A stretch of 64,000 nt of DNA from Escherichia phage Phi1: the sequence record EF437941; one strand, 5' to 3'. Position 1 is the first letter of the stretch, and each line of letters starts with the position of its first letter. The notes under the pieces were generated by a model, which saw only the letters and a program-made list of their open reading frames with translations, was not told where the DNA came from and did no database searches. Shown here one piece after another: positions 36,608 through 44,694 of the stretch. The position numbers and the translations under genes were made by a program.

Positions 36608-37828
36608 TTATACTGCCATTTGAGCGGTGATCGCTGGATGGCTTTGATAGTTGTGAATTTTAAAGTCTTTCGGAGTCTTTGTCAATACCTCATCTAAAGA
36701 TTTAAATTCCGGCAACTCAATTGTTGGTTTATCAAACGGAACACGGCTTAACTGTTCCATAACTTGATCAAAATGGTTTTTGTAAATGTGAGTATCTCCA
36801 CCAGAGAAAATCAGTTCTCCTACCTCAAGATCACACATTTTCGCTATGATGTGAGTTAACAGCGCATAGCTGGCGACGTTAAAGGGCAAGCCCAAAAAGC
36901 TGTCTACGCTTCGCTGAAACCACATACAAGACAGTTTACCCTCATTGACATAGAATTGCACGAACGGATGACATACACCTAATACAGCATTATGTGTTCC
37001 TTGTACGTTCCACGAGTCAATAATGATCCGGCGATCCGTTGGATTGTTTTTAATTTGTTCAATCACGTTTTGTAACTGGTCTTCCCAAATCTTCGGGCGA
37101 TAGACATATTCTTCATCGTCTTTAGTGCTCGATGTGTCTACGTCCATACTAACAAAGATCGTGGTATCCGGTGCTAAAATGTCACCGCCCAGATAATCAC
37201 TATCAAGCAGATAATCGAAATAACCACTATCTACCCATTCCTGGAATCCCCACAAGCAATATGCATCATTAACAAAATTAGATTGAGTCTTCCAGTGGTC
37301 TGCTACCAGAATACAATCAAACTCTTCATAAATCATACCACGCCAGATAGCACATAAACGGTCTTCTGTGTCATTGGTTGGCGTAAAGTCTTCTACCCAC
37401 GGGTGTTTAAATGTATGTGTATATTTGCTCTTAACGCGCTTAATTTTGATTTCACCGTGTGGATGAATCGGTTTGCGTCGCCATGACATACCATACATAT
37501 TTCCGACATTATAACCATTGAATCGCAAAGGATTCTTTTCTTTCATATCAAGACAGTTGCCGCGCCAAATGTCGAAGGCTTCTTCGTCAAACTTACCGCG
37601 TGTAATTTCCTGTAAGCGACGGCGGTCGAGTGATCCCTCCATAAACCATAGCAACTCGCCAATTACAGAGGATGTAGCCATCTTTTTAGTGGTCAGTAAG
37701 GGGAAACCCTTGCTTAAATCAATTCGCATCTCTGCGCCGAATTTAGAGAGCGTACCTACCCCCGTTCGATCTTCACGAGGCCAGCCATTATCAAGAACAT
37801 CACGCAATAGTTTCAAATATTCTTTCAT
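36608..37828 (-). CDS. td: Thymidylate synthase with a large in-frame insertion
   Basis: ThyA motifs throughout (DRTGVGT, catalytic VCHPFVQFY, SVDSFLGLPFN, C-terminal ...MAV); 406 aa against ~286 aa in T4 owing to a ~128-aa insert after GMSWRR. Confidence 0.8.
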   Translation of the reverse strand: MKEYLKLLRDVLDNGWPREDRTGVGTLSKFGAEMRIDLSKGFPLLTTKKMATSSVIGELLWFMEGSLDRRRLQEITRGKFDEEAFDIWRGNCLDMKEKNPLRFNGYNVGNMYGMSWRRKPIHPHGEIKIKRVKSKYTHTFKHPWVEDFTPTNDTEDRLCAIWRGMIYEEFDCILVADHWKTQSNFVNDAYCLWGFQEWVDSGYFDYLLDSDYLGGDILAPDTTIFVSMDVDTSSTKDDEEYVYRPKIWEDQLQNVIEQIKNNPTDRRIIIDSWNVQGTHNAVLGVCHPFVQFYVNEGKLSCMWFQRSVDSFLGLPFNVASYALLTHIIAKMCDLEVGELIFSGGDTHIYKNHFDQVMEQLSRVPFDKPTIELPEFKSLDEVLTKTPKDFKIHNYQSHPAITAQMAV

Positions 37829-38096
37829 CCCACATCACCTTTTTCTTATTGATTGCTTTCTTACGCAGTTTTGCTACTGTCTCGTCAATATTGATAAAGA
37901 CAACGCCCGGATCGAATACAGTAGCAGGTCTTGAAATGTCGCTATTTTCCTGTACTGGAAGCCATGATGCGCTCGCTTCATCATAGAGATATTGTAAACC
38001 GTAATAATCTACGGCTACTGCGTAGTTTTCACTGGTAGCCGTCCATAATTGAATAATACCGACTTTCATTATTGTTCCCGTCCGCAATGTAAGCAC
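37800..38096 (-). CDS. Small hypothetical protein
   Basis: Track ORF; the real start may be the internal Met (MKVGIIQLW...). Confidence 0.4.
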   Translation of the reverse strand: MLTLRTGTIMKVGIIQLWTATSENYAVAVDYYGLQYLYDEASASWLPVQENSDISRPATVFDPGVVFINIDETVAKLRKKAINKKKVMWDERIFETIA

Positions 38097-38162
38097 CGAC
38101 TACCAGCAAACATCAAAGATTCACCACAATGTTTGCACTCATAATCTGTAAGAATTTTCATG

Positions 38163-38744
38163 TTACGCCTTCTTACGTTCTAAAATTTGTTCGCTGATCA
38201 GGTAATTATCAAGGAAGTAATTATGTTCTTCTTTGGTTACAAAGTCAAAATATAATTCCTGAATCATTTCCTTAGAGATACCAACATCATATTCAAATGG
38301 ATCGTTGATTCCTGAACGTTGAACATACGTTAACACAATACGGTCCGCAAAGTCAACCGCTTTTTCAATCAGGGAAGGTCCACCAATAACGCTTACCAAA
38401 CCTTGCAATTTCTCTATGACTTCTAATAATTCCTTCAATCCACCATCATTAGTAATCGCGGTATACACATCAGGTTGTTCGCCGTTTTTTGCTTTCGGTG
38501 CTGGCTTACTGGTATCGGTACTAACAACCACATTCACACGACCTTCCAGTGCTTTAGGGAGACTTTCAAAGGTATTACGTCCCATTACTACCGCCGCAAG
38601 TTCAACATCTCCCATAGTGCGCATTTTAAAGTTTTCCATGTCCTTTTTGATTGGACGACCCCACGGTAAACCGCCTTTAAAACCAAAAGCCCAATTTTCA
38701 TCTGACATTTTAGTGTCACCAATCGCAAATACACATTGAATCAT
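38163..38744 (-). CDS. frd: Dihydrofolate reductase
   Basis: DHFR signature GGLPWGRP and overall similarity to T4 Frd. Confidence 0.85.
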   Translation of the reverse strand: MIQCVFAIGDTKMSDENWAFGFKGGLPWGRPIKKDMENFKMRTMGDVELAAVVMGRNTFESLPKALEGRVNVVVSTDTSKPAPKAKNGEQPDVYTAITNDGGLKELLEVIEKLQGLVSVIGGPSLIEKAVDFADRIVLTYVQRSGINDPFEYDVGISKEMIQELYFDFVTKEEHNYFLDNYLISEQILERKKA

Positions 38745-38759
38745 AATATAAATCTCCCA

Positions 38760-39089
38760 TCAAATCAGTTTGAAATAGTTTTCGTTTACATTTTCTTCTG
38801 TGATTGCTGTCTTAAATTCTTGACCGTTATCCGGTGTGATGAAATAACGATCAGAATAATCACGAAAACGTTTTAAGTGAGATACCCCAACATTAACACC
38901 ATTTTCCCAAAAACGAAAGGTAATCATTTTTGGTTCATATCGATAGTCGCTGGTTAACACAGTACCGTCACCGCGACGGGCTTCATAAACCGTAATACAT
39001 TCACGATTAGCGGCTTTAAGGCATTCTTCAATAGTGCCGCACGAGATAATACTTACCTTTTCATCTACGATTTGTTCTACAGTCCACAT
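38760..39089 (-). CDS. Hypothetical protein
   Basis: 109 aa with own promoter cassette and GAGGA RBS. Confidence 0.5.
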   Translation of the reverse strand: MWTVEQIVDEKVSIISCGTIEECLKAANRECITVYEARRGDGTVLTSDYRYEPKMITFRFWENGVNVGVSHLKRFRDYSDRYFITPDNGQEFKTAITEENVNENYFKLI

Positions 39090-39120
39090 AATATAGTCCT
39101 CACTTTGTTTCGATGTTTGT

Positions 39121-39149
39121 ATTATACACTGTTGCGTTACGCTGTCAAC
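39121..39149 (-). promoter_or_regulatory. Early promoter cassette (TTGACA-N16-TATAAT)
   Basis: Conserved -35, -10 and leader. Confidence 0.55.
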
Positions 39150-40519
39150 TCTTTTTCAAAAGATTTTACGATATACATGATAGTGCTCAATTCAGACGGC
39201 GCTACTGTTTCTGTGTAGCCATCCGGCATATCTTCTTTTGATATATAGGAAGTTTTATCTTTCATTGCTTCCTTGATCTTGTTCTCTAAGTCTAAGATCT
39301 TTTGACCGTCTTGTAAAGTCAATTCATAAAAGATCTCGTGATCGAACTTAGAAACACGAGATTGGTTTCTCATTCGTTCTTGTGTTGTTAAATTGGTTAT
39401 TCCAAACTTAACTGCCGTTAACGATTTATGTTTGTTTAGTTTCTGTACATAAAATGTTCCAGGTTTTATAGGTTGATAGCCCATTTTAGAACATTTTCTG
39501 CATCTTGTTCCAGATTGTACAAATTTACTATATGTTGGTGTATACTCATGACCCATTTCACATGTAATTTTTAATCTTGTTTCGACCCCAGAATAGCTAC
39601 CTCCACAAAATCCGTGAAATTTATTATTACCCAACACGGAAATTATATTTTTTATTGCATCGTCTTCGTTCCTGCGACCACTACATACTCCACATCTATA
39701 TCCACCATGAAAAAAATCACTAAACGCAATATTGTACTCGTGTCCATTATTACACGTCATATTAAGTCTCGTCCTTATATTTTCGTATTTTCCACCAACA
39801 AATCCATTGAAAATATGGTCTCCTTTGACCGAATTAATTCTATCTAACGCGGTAGTTTCTGTTAAACGCTTGGTCCCGCAGCATTCTGGGCATCTAGTTC
39901 CTTGAATAAAATGACCATACGTTGGTTGATATATGTGTCCATTATTACACTCTATTATTAACTTTGTTTTATGTGCACCAATGTAAGCACCACCAACAAA
40001 TCCATGAAATTTTTCATCGACCAGTGCGTTGATGATATTTTGTATAGCTTCATCATTCGATTTTTTGTGTTTATTATTGCAAATTGGACATGTATTGACA
40101 CCACCAATTATGCTGGAATAACATCTATGGTATTCGTGACCGTGTTCTTTACATTTTAATATAATTTTAGATGTCGATACATTTTTAAACTCTTCTGTCG
40201 TGAAACCCATAAACTCGCTATCTGTTAATGAAGATTTGATATCATCAATAACTTGTTCGGTTGATTTCTTTGCATTGGGTGCGCATAAACCACACTTGGT
40301 TTTTCTTCCAACTAGTGTTTTAATAGTTTTTGTGTGTGTTGTGTGTCCTTTATCGCACATTATACATACCCTTGTATCACATCCTTTCCAATCATCAACA
40401 AACCCGAGAAATTTGTAATTTATAGAGTGACAATATTCGCGTACTGTATTCTCGTGAATTGTCGGTTGTTTTTGTCTCTTACCAACGCAAATGTCCTTAG
40501 CAAAGTATGTTTTCATCAT
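39137..40519 (-). CDS. Five-fold zinc-finger repeat protein with T5orf172 (GIY-YIG-like) C-terminal domain
   Basis: Five repeats of roughly F.GF.GG.Y...(T/R)L...C..GH.Y...(F)..G..C..C; C-terminus GTFYVQK...AVKFGIT resembles T5orf172; start at the internal Met with GGAGGA RBS. Confidence 0.5.
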   Translation of the reverse strand: MMKTYFAKDICVGKRQKQPTIHENTVREYCHSINYKFLGFVDDWKGCDTRVCIMCDKGHTTHTKTIKTLVGRKTKCGLCAPNAKKSTEQVIDDIKSSLTDSEFMGFTTEEFKNVSTSKIILKCKEHGHEYHRCYSSIIGGVNTCPICNNKHKKSNDEAIQNIINALVDEKFHGFVGGAYIGAHKTKLIIECNNGHIYQPTYGHFIQGTRCPECCGTKRLTETTALDRINSVKGDHIFNGFVGGKYENIRTRLNMTCNNGHEYNIAFSDFFHGGYRCGVCSGRRNEDDAIKNIISVLGNNKFHGFCGGSYSGVETRLKITCEMGHEYTPTYSKFVQSGTRCRKCSKMGYQPIKPGTFYVQKLNKHKSLTAVKFGITNLTTQERMRNQSRVSKFDHEIFYELTLQDGQKILDLENKIKEAMKDKTSYISKEDMPDGYTETVAPSELSTIMYIVKSFEKELTA

Positions 40520-40546
40520 TTTTATCCTCCGTTGTTCGATGTGTGC

Positions 40547-40575
40547 ATGATACATGACCACATAAGCATGTCAAC
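40547..40575 (-). promoter_or_regulatory. Early promoter-like element (TTGACA with weak -10)
   Basis: -35 well conserved; -10 degenerate (TATCAT). Confidence 0.35.
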
Positions 40576-40599
40576 ACCTTTTTCATAAATTTTTAGGCA

Positions 40600-40625
40600 A
40601 TAAAAAAGCCTCCCCGAAGGGAGGC
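40600..40625 (-). terminator. Rho-independent terminator after gene 32
   Basis: GCCTCCC-TTCG-GGGAGGC hairpin followed on the minus strand by UUUUUUAUU. Confidence 0.7.
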
Positions 40626-40636
40626 TGTAAAATTCA

Positions 40637-41605
40637 TTACATCGCTAACAGAGAGTCCAGGTCATCCAGATCAGAAGCGGAGGAAGTACCGCCACCCAGA
40701 TCCAGCGATGCCATCAGGTCATCAGCGGAAGAATCTAACGCCGTGCTAGCTGCGTTAATACCAACTACAGTGCTAGCTGCGGTAATACCAGCGTCGAATG
40801 CATTCATCTGTGCGTCAAAATCATCAAGCTGGCTGTTAATCGCTGCCGCAGCACTGGAAGCCGCAGCACCAGCTACCATAGACACACCCATAGTTTTCTT
40901 AAATTTGGTTTCCAGTTCATCGAACGGTTTAAACTGGCTAGGCGCTACAATCTCACTCAGATCAACCATGTTTTCCATCAGGTATTTCTGATATGCTTCG
41001 TCTTCAATCTTCGGAAGCTGTGATTGCTGCATGACACGAGAATCATCATAGTTGTGGTGTATATCAACCTTCTTAGCTTTCAGGACGAAGTTAGCGCCAG
41101 AGAACACACAAGTTACATCTACCGGAACTTGGCCCATATCGGTATTCACGTTCACCATTGCAACGATCTTATCATAAATTTTCTGACCGAAGCGGAATTT
41201 GAATACCTTACCTTCATTTTCTGGTGCTTGAGGATCTTTCAGTACCAGAATATTTGCGTAGTAGGACGCTTTACGCTTAATCAGTTGCCATTCGGTTTTA
41301 TCGGTATTGTATAGGTCTTTTTCGTTAATATATTTGCACACAGGGCAAGAATCAAAATCACCGTGGGTGCTTGAGCAGTTTTCCCAATACCATTTGCCAT
41401 TAACTTTGAAGGAATGGTTTACCAGTTTCACAATCGGCAGACCGTCTTCTGTCTTAGACGGCAGGAAGCGAATCAGGGCTTCACCGTTACCTGCTGCATC
41501 AGTCTTAATCTTCCACTCTTTCGGATCTTCTTTGGAGAAACCGTTGCCACCTTTCAGTGCGGCCAGTTGAGCTTGCAGTTTGGAGCTATCTTGACGTTTA
41601 AACAT
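40637..41605 (-). CDS. 32: Single-stranded DNA-binding protein gp32
   Basis: Strong match to T4 gp32 (IRFLPSK, zinc site [10 protein letters not shown], acidic Ser/Asp-rich C-terminal tail). Confidence 0.95.
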   Translation of the reverse strand: MFKRQDSSKLQAQLAALKGGNGFSKEDPKEWKIKTDAAGNGEALIRFLPSKTEDGLPIVKLVNHSFKVNGKWYWENCSSTHGDFDSCPVCKYINEKDLYNTDKTEWQLIKRKASYYANILVLKDPQAPENEGKVFKFRFGQKIYDKIVAMVNVNTDMGQVPVDVTCVFSGANFVLKAKKVDIHHNYDDSRVMQQSQLPKIEDEAYQKYLMENMVDLSEIVAPSQFKPFDELETKFKKTMGVSMVAGAAASSAAAAINSQLDDFDAQMNAFDAGITAASTVVGINAASTALDSSADDLMASLDLGGGTSSASDLDDLDSLLAM

Positions 41606-41641
41606 ATTCACTATTCCTTCTTTTGATTAATTTACTAGACT

Positions 41642-41670
41642 ATTATACAGATTTAAATTTACTTGTCAAC
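41642..41670 (-). promoter_or_regulatory. Sigma70-like promoter upstream of gene 32 (TTGACA-N16-TATAAT)
   Basis: Consensus hexamers about 35 nt upstream of the gp32 ATG. Confidence 0.5.
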
Positions 41671-42346
41671 TATTTGTTTCGGCTTTTAATTGAGATATTT
41701 CTTTACACTCTTTAACTACTTTAACAAATAATGCTCTTGCTTTTGCGGCGTCAATAACAAGTAGTTTCTTGTACGCCTTCATTTTAACACTATAAGTTTG
41801 CCAAATCAAGTCTTTGGCTACCTTGTCGTGTTCGTCGATTATATTTAGAAAGCTATCTAACAACATAAACGACTCAAACGATATAATCCGATTTTGCAGT
41901 AGTTTAAATATACCGCTAGTTTCGGTTGCGGGATTGTATGTAATTAGCTCTTTAAGAGTAACCCCGCGTTTCTCGGAGAAGTATACCAGACTTTTAATGT
42001 CATCGTCAAATCTTGTTGCTGCATCGGTTATCTTTCCTATGTATTCCATATAAAAGCCGTATGCGTCAACATCAGTGATTTCACCTACCCATGCATCGGT
42101 ATTAGCTACCAGATTGCTTAGGAATAGGAAGTATAATTCTCTTAGATTGTACTTTTCCGCTAATTTTGCGAAATAATACTTATCTCTGCGTTTATTGAAT
42201 GCGGCATCAGACAACCGCATCCTCCAATTGTATTTTACGCAATCATAACGCCCGTTCATGTGAGCTTTCATCATGCAATATAACATATACACAGATTTAG
42301 CATTAATTCGCATATCTGGATCTGGAGGAAGACGGTTTCTGATCAT
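41666..42346 (-). CDS. 59: Helicase loader gp59
   Basis: Extensive similarity to T4 gp59 (KSVYMLY, NWRMRLSDAAFNKRRDKYYF, SNLVANTDAW). Confidence 0.9.
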   Translation of the reverse strand: MIRNRLPPDPDMRINAKSVYMLYCMMKAHMNGRYDCVKYNWRMRLSDAAFNKRRDKYYFAKLAEKYNLRELYFLFLSNLVANTDAWVGEITDVDAYGFYMEYIGKITDAATRFDDDIKSLVYFSEKRGVTLKELITYNPATETSGIFKLLQNRIISFESFMLLDSFLNIIDEHDKVAKDLIWQTYSVKMKAYKKLLVIDAAKARALFVKVVKECKEISQLKAETNS

Positions 42347-42355
42347 ACATACCCC

Positions 42356-42625
42356 TTAAATATCGAGAGTGTTGGTCGGTTCGTCGATCACTCCCTTCCT
42401 GAGCGTTCTATTTACTATACATTCTTGTGTGATCTTGTCAATAATGGACACCGGAATATACTTCTGATAGTGACCATATTCTATAGAGTTTTCCTCTACA
42501 AACTGAGTTGTCGCTTCAAGATAAGTCAATCCCTCTTCAACAACCAATTTTTCGATTGCAAGACCGTTTGCTGTTTTGTTCGCGGCTTTTACCGCATGTT
42601 CATTAAGCATTGAACACCCGATCAT
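42356..42625 (-). CDS. 33: Late transcription accessory protein gp33
   Basis: YLEATTQFVEENSI block matches T4 gp33; conserved position. Confidence 0.75.
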   Translation of the reverse strand: MIGCSMLNEHAVKAANKTANGLAIEKLVVEEGLTYLEATTQFVEENSIEYGHYQKYIPVSIIDKITQECIVNRTLRKGVIDEPTNTLDI

Positions 42626-42878
42626 AGAGTTCTACCGCTTCGTCGCGTTCTGCTTCGAAGGTTTCGCGCTGTTGCTGGTGATACAGTTTAAACAGAATGC
42701 CCCACATTTTACCATCTACGCCTAATTCTTCTTTAGCACGCTGTTTGATCTCTTTGATCTTATCGCCATATGCTTCTTGAATGGTTTTCTGATCGCTGGC
42801 TTCTTTAATCAGTTGTGCCAGGGTATTTCCGTGCACTGCTTCGTCAAATACTACTTTTTCTTTTTTCTGTTCAGTCAT
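42603..42878 (-). CDS. dsbA: dsDNA-binding protein DsbA
   Basis: 91 aa with VFDEAVHG ... AKEELGVDGKM ... VELYDRVF, similar to T4 DsbA. Confidence 0.75.
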   Translation of the reverse strand: MTEQKKEKVVFDEAVHGNTLAQLIKEASDQKTIQEAYGDKIKEIKQRAKEELGVDGKMWGILFKLYHQQQRETFEAERDEAVELYDRVFNA

Positions 42879-42882
42879 AATA

Positions 42883-43482
42883 TTAACCCTCTTTAGTCAT
42901 TAATTGAAAACCACGTTCAGCTTTTGAGATTTCGCTAGGACTTAAATCGTCACCCACATATTCTAGCATCATTTCTCGGATAATGTCAAGTGCTTTTTCA
43001 TCACCTGATTTTAACTCGAACTCAAGTTCATAATGAGCAGTGTCGCCCAATCCTTCGCCTACTTTGCCATAATAGAAAGTGTCTTTGCACATTTCCACTA
43101 TACCACAACCCATATCTAGAGTCAATGACTTTCGATATGTCATTACTTGCATTATTGTAGTGATATAGTCGGAGTTTACCCCTAGACTATCAATAAAATG
43201 GACGAACTCATCCCAGTTTGAAAATGTCATTTCATCGCGGTTGAATAGTCCAGATTCATTATCACCCATTTTGATCATGATCTCTGATTTTCTACAGTCA
43301 AGTCGTGCATAAATTCCTTTTTGACGTAGAGCATGATCTTCGGTATCATAATAAAATTCGTGTTTTAATATGTTATCTCGATCGACGATATTATAACCGT
43401 CATACATTGCCACCCACAAATCACAGATGGTTTCGACGCCAATTTGTGAGTGTGCATAGTATTTTAACTCAAGTTCTTTCAT
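42883..43482 (-). CDS. CYTH-like (triphosphate tunnel metalloenzyme / class IV adenylate cyclase-like) protein
   Basis: N-terminal E-x-E-x-K (MKELELKYY) and C-terminal acidic HYELEFELK motifs at ~200 aa fit the CYTH pattern; by-eye assignment. Confidence 0.4.
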   Translation of the reverse strand: MKELELKYYAHSQIGVETICDLWVAMYDGYNIVDRDNILKHEFYYDTEDHALRQKGIYARLDCRKSEIMIKMGDNESGLFNRDEMTFSNWDEFVHFIDSLGVNSDYITTIMQVMTYRKSLTLDMGCGIVEMCKDTFYYGKVGEGLGDTAHYELEFELKSGDEKALDIIREMMLEYVGDDLSPSEISKAERGFQLMTKEG

Positions 43483-43492
43483 GTGTCAACCC

Positions 43493-44437
43493 TTAGAACT
43501 CACCAATTTTCTGCAACATTTTAACTAACGCATTTGTTACAAAATAGTTATAAATTTTACCGCGTGGTGCTGGTTTAGATTTTTCCCATGACTCAAGAAT
43601 CTGATTCTGAATATCATCTGGGATGTAATCGAAGTCAATAAGTTCGCGGTTTTCGTCAAAACGTCGTGCTTCTTCTTCTGTCATCAAAGACTTTGGATCT
43701 TCGGCATCGAAAATTTGCTCTAACCATTTGGTTGCAACTGGTTTAGCTCGTTCCCCTTCCAGTCTAGAGATAATGAAATCACTACGACACTTGACAGAAG
43801 CCACACCGTCTTTTGCGTCACCCTTAACACATTTTACCATAAGGTCTTTGTAAGGGCTACCATATTTGCATTTCTTCCATGCTTTCTGTACTGGCGCCCA
43901 CTGTTTCACGTTTTTGTATTTGTGCAACTGCGTGTAGTCACCATCACCTGAGTTGATCAGCACCTGGCGACCTTCTACAGAAAACTTTTTAGTTAATACA
44001 GCGATTATATCATCTGCTTCAACTTTGTCAACCTTAATAACGTGATAAGGCATGTTCTCTTTAAACTCTTCGGTGATCTTATTGATCGCAGCAAAGATCA
44101 TCTCCCAATCACGCGGATCTGCGTCTCGTTTTTCCTTACGGTTGCGTTTATAGTAAGGGGCGATATCACGTCGCCAGTAACCTTTGCTTGAATCAAAAGC
44201 AAGCACCGTAATAGGGTATTGCTCTTTGAATTTTGTCATATTATAACGCATGGTGTCAAGAATAAGATGACGGATCATGCCTTCATTAATAGATCTCCGG
44301 TTAAAGGTATGCGAGATAGTCGCAATCATAAGCTGCGACATATCAATCAAATGCACACCTTCCGGCAGTTTATCTTCTGGATCATCGAAGAAATCATTAA
44401 GTGTAGCGGTAGTTTTTGTAAACGGGTTATACGTCAT
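43493..44437 (-). CDS. rnh: RNase H / flap endonuclease
   Basis: Similarity to T4 RNase H (GDAKDGVASVKCRSDF, PRGKIYNYF). Confidence 0.9.
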   Translation of the reverse strand: MTYNPFTKTTATLNDFFDDPEDKLPEGVHLIDMSQLMIATISHTFNRRSINEGMIRHLILDTMRYNMTKFKEQYPITVLAFDSSKGYWRRDIAPYYKRNRKEKRDADPRDWEMIFAAINKITEEFKENMPYHVIKVDKVEADDIIAVLTKKFSVEGRQVLINSGDGDYTQLHKYKNVKQWAPVQKAWKKCKYGSPYKDLMVKCVKGDAKDGVASVKCRSDFIISRLEGERAKPVATKWLEQIFDAEDPKSLMTEEEARRFDENRELIDFDYIPDDIQNQILESWEKSKPAPRGKIYNYFVTNALVKMLQKIGEF

Positions 44438-44622
44438 ATAGTTCTCTCCACTCTCACAACAACATATTCTCCAAACGAGTTAGATACTTCACGATCATAC
44501 CCGTATTTCTCCATAACTCGCAGAATTGCATTGTTTAATTCGGCGCGGAAATAATTGTAATCCTTATCAGGGATTCTGTCAACTACCCATTTTGCACCGT
44601 CTGACAAATCAACTTTAACCAT
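44434..44622 (-). CDS. Small hypothetical protein
   Basis: 62 aa ORF overlapping the rnh start by 4 nt. Confidence 0.4.
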   Translation of the reverse strand: MVKVDLSDGAKWVVDRIPDKDYNYFRAELNNAILRVMEKYGYDREVSNSFGEYVVVRVERTI

Positions 44623-44658
44623 AATATATCATCCTCTTTGTTTCTATCAAGCCTTATT

Positions 44659-44666
44659 TATAAATA
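44659..44666 (+). promoter_or_regulatory. T4-type late promoter box TATAAATA upstream of gene 34
   Basis: Exact TATAAATA about 30 nt upstream of the gp34 ATG. Confidence 0.65.
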
Positions 44667-44694
44667 TGATCATACTATAAAAGGAGACCCAATA

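Noticed and set aside
36608-37828. Group I intron or intein in td, as in T4
   Set aside because: The ORF is continuous through the extra segment, so it is not an intron; the insert does not begin with Cys/Ser or end with His-Asn followed by Cys/Ser/Thr, so it is not an intein. Kept as an in-frame insertion.
40743-41626. Plus-strand ORFs overlapping gene 32
   Set aside because: Antisense to gp32; the Ala-rich translation mirrors the Ser/Asp-rich tail of gp32.
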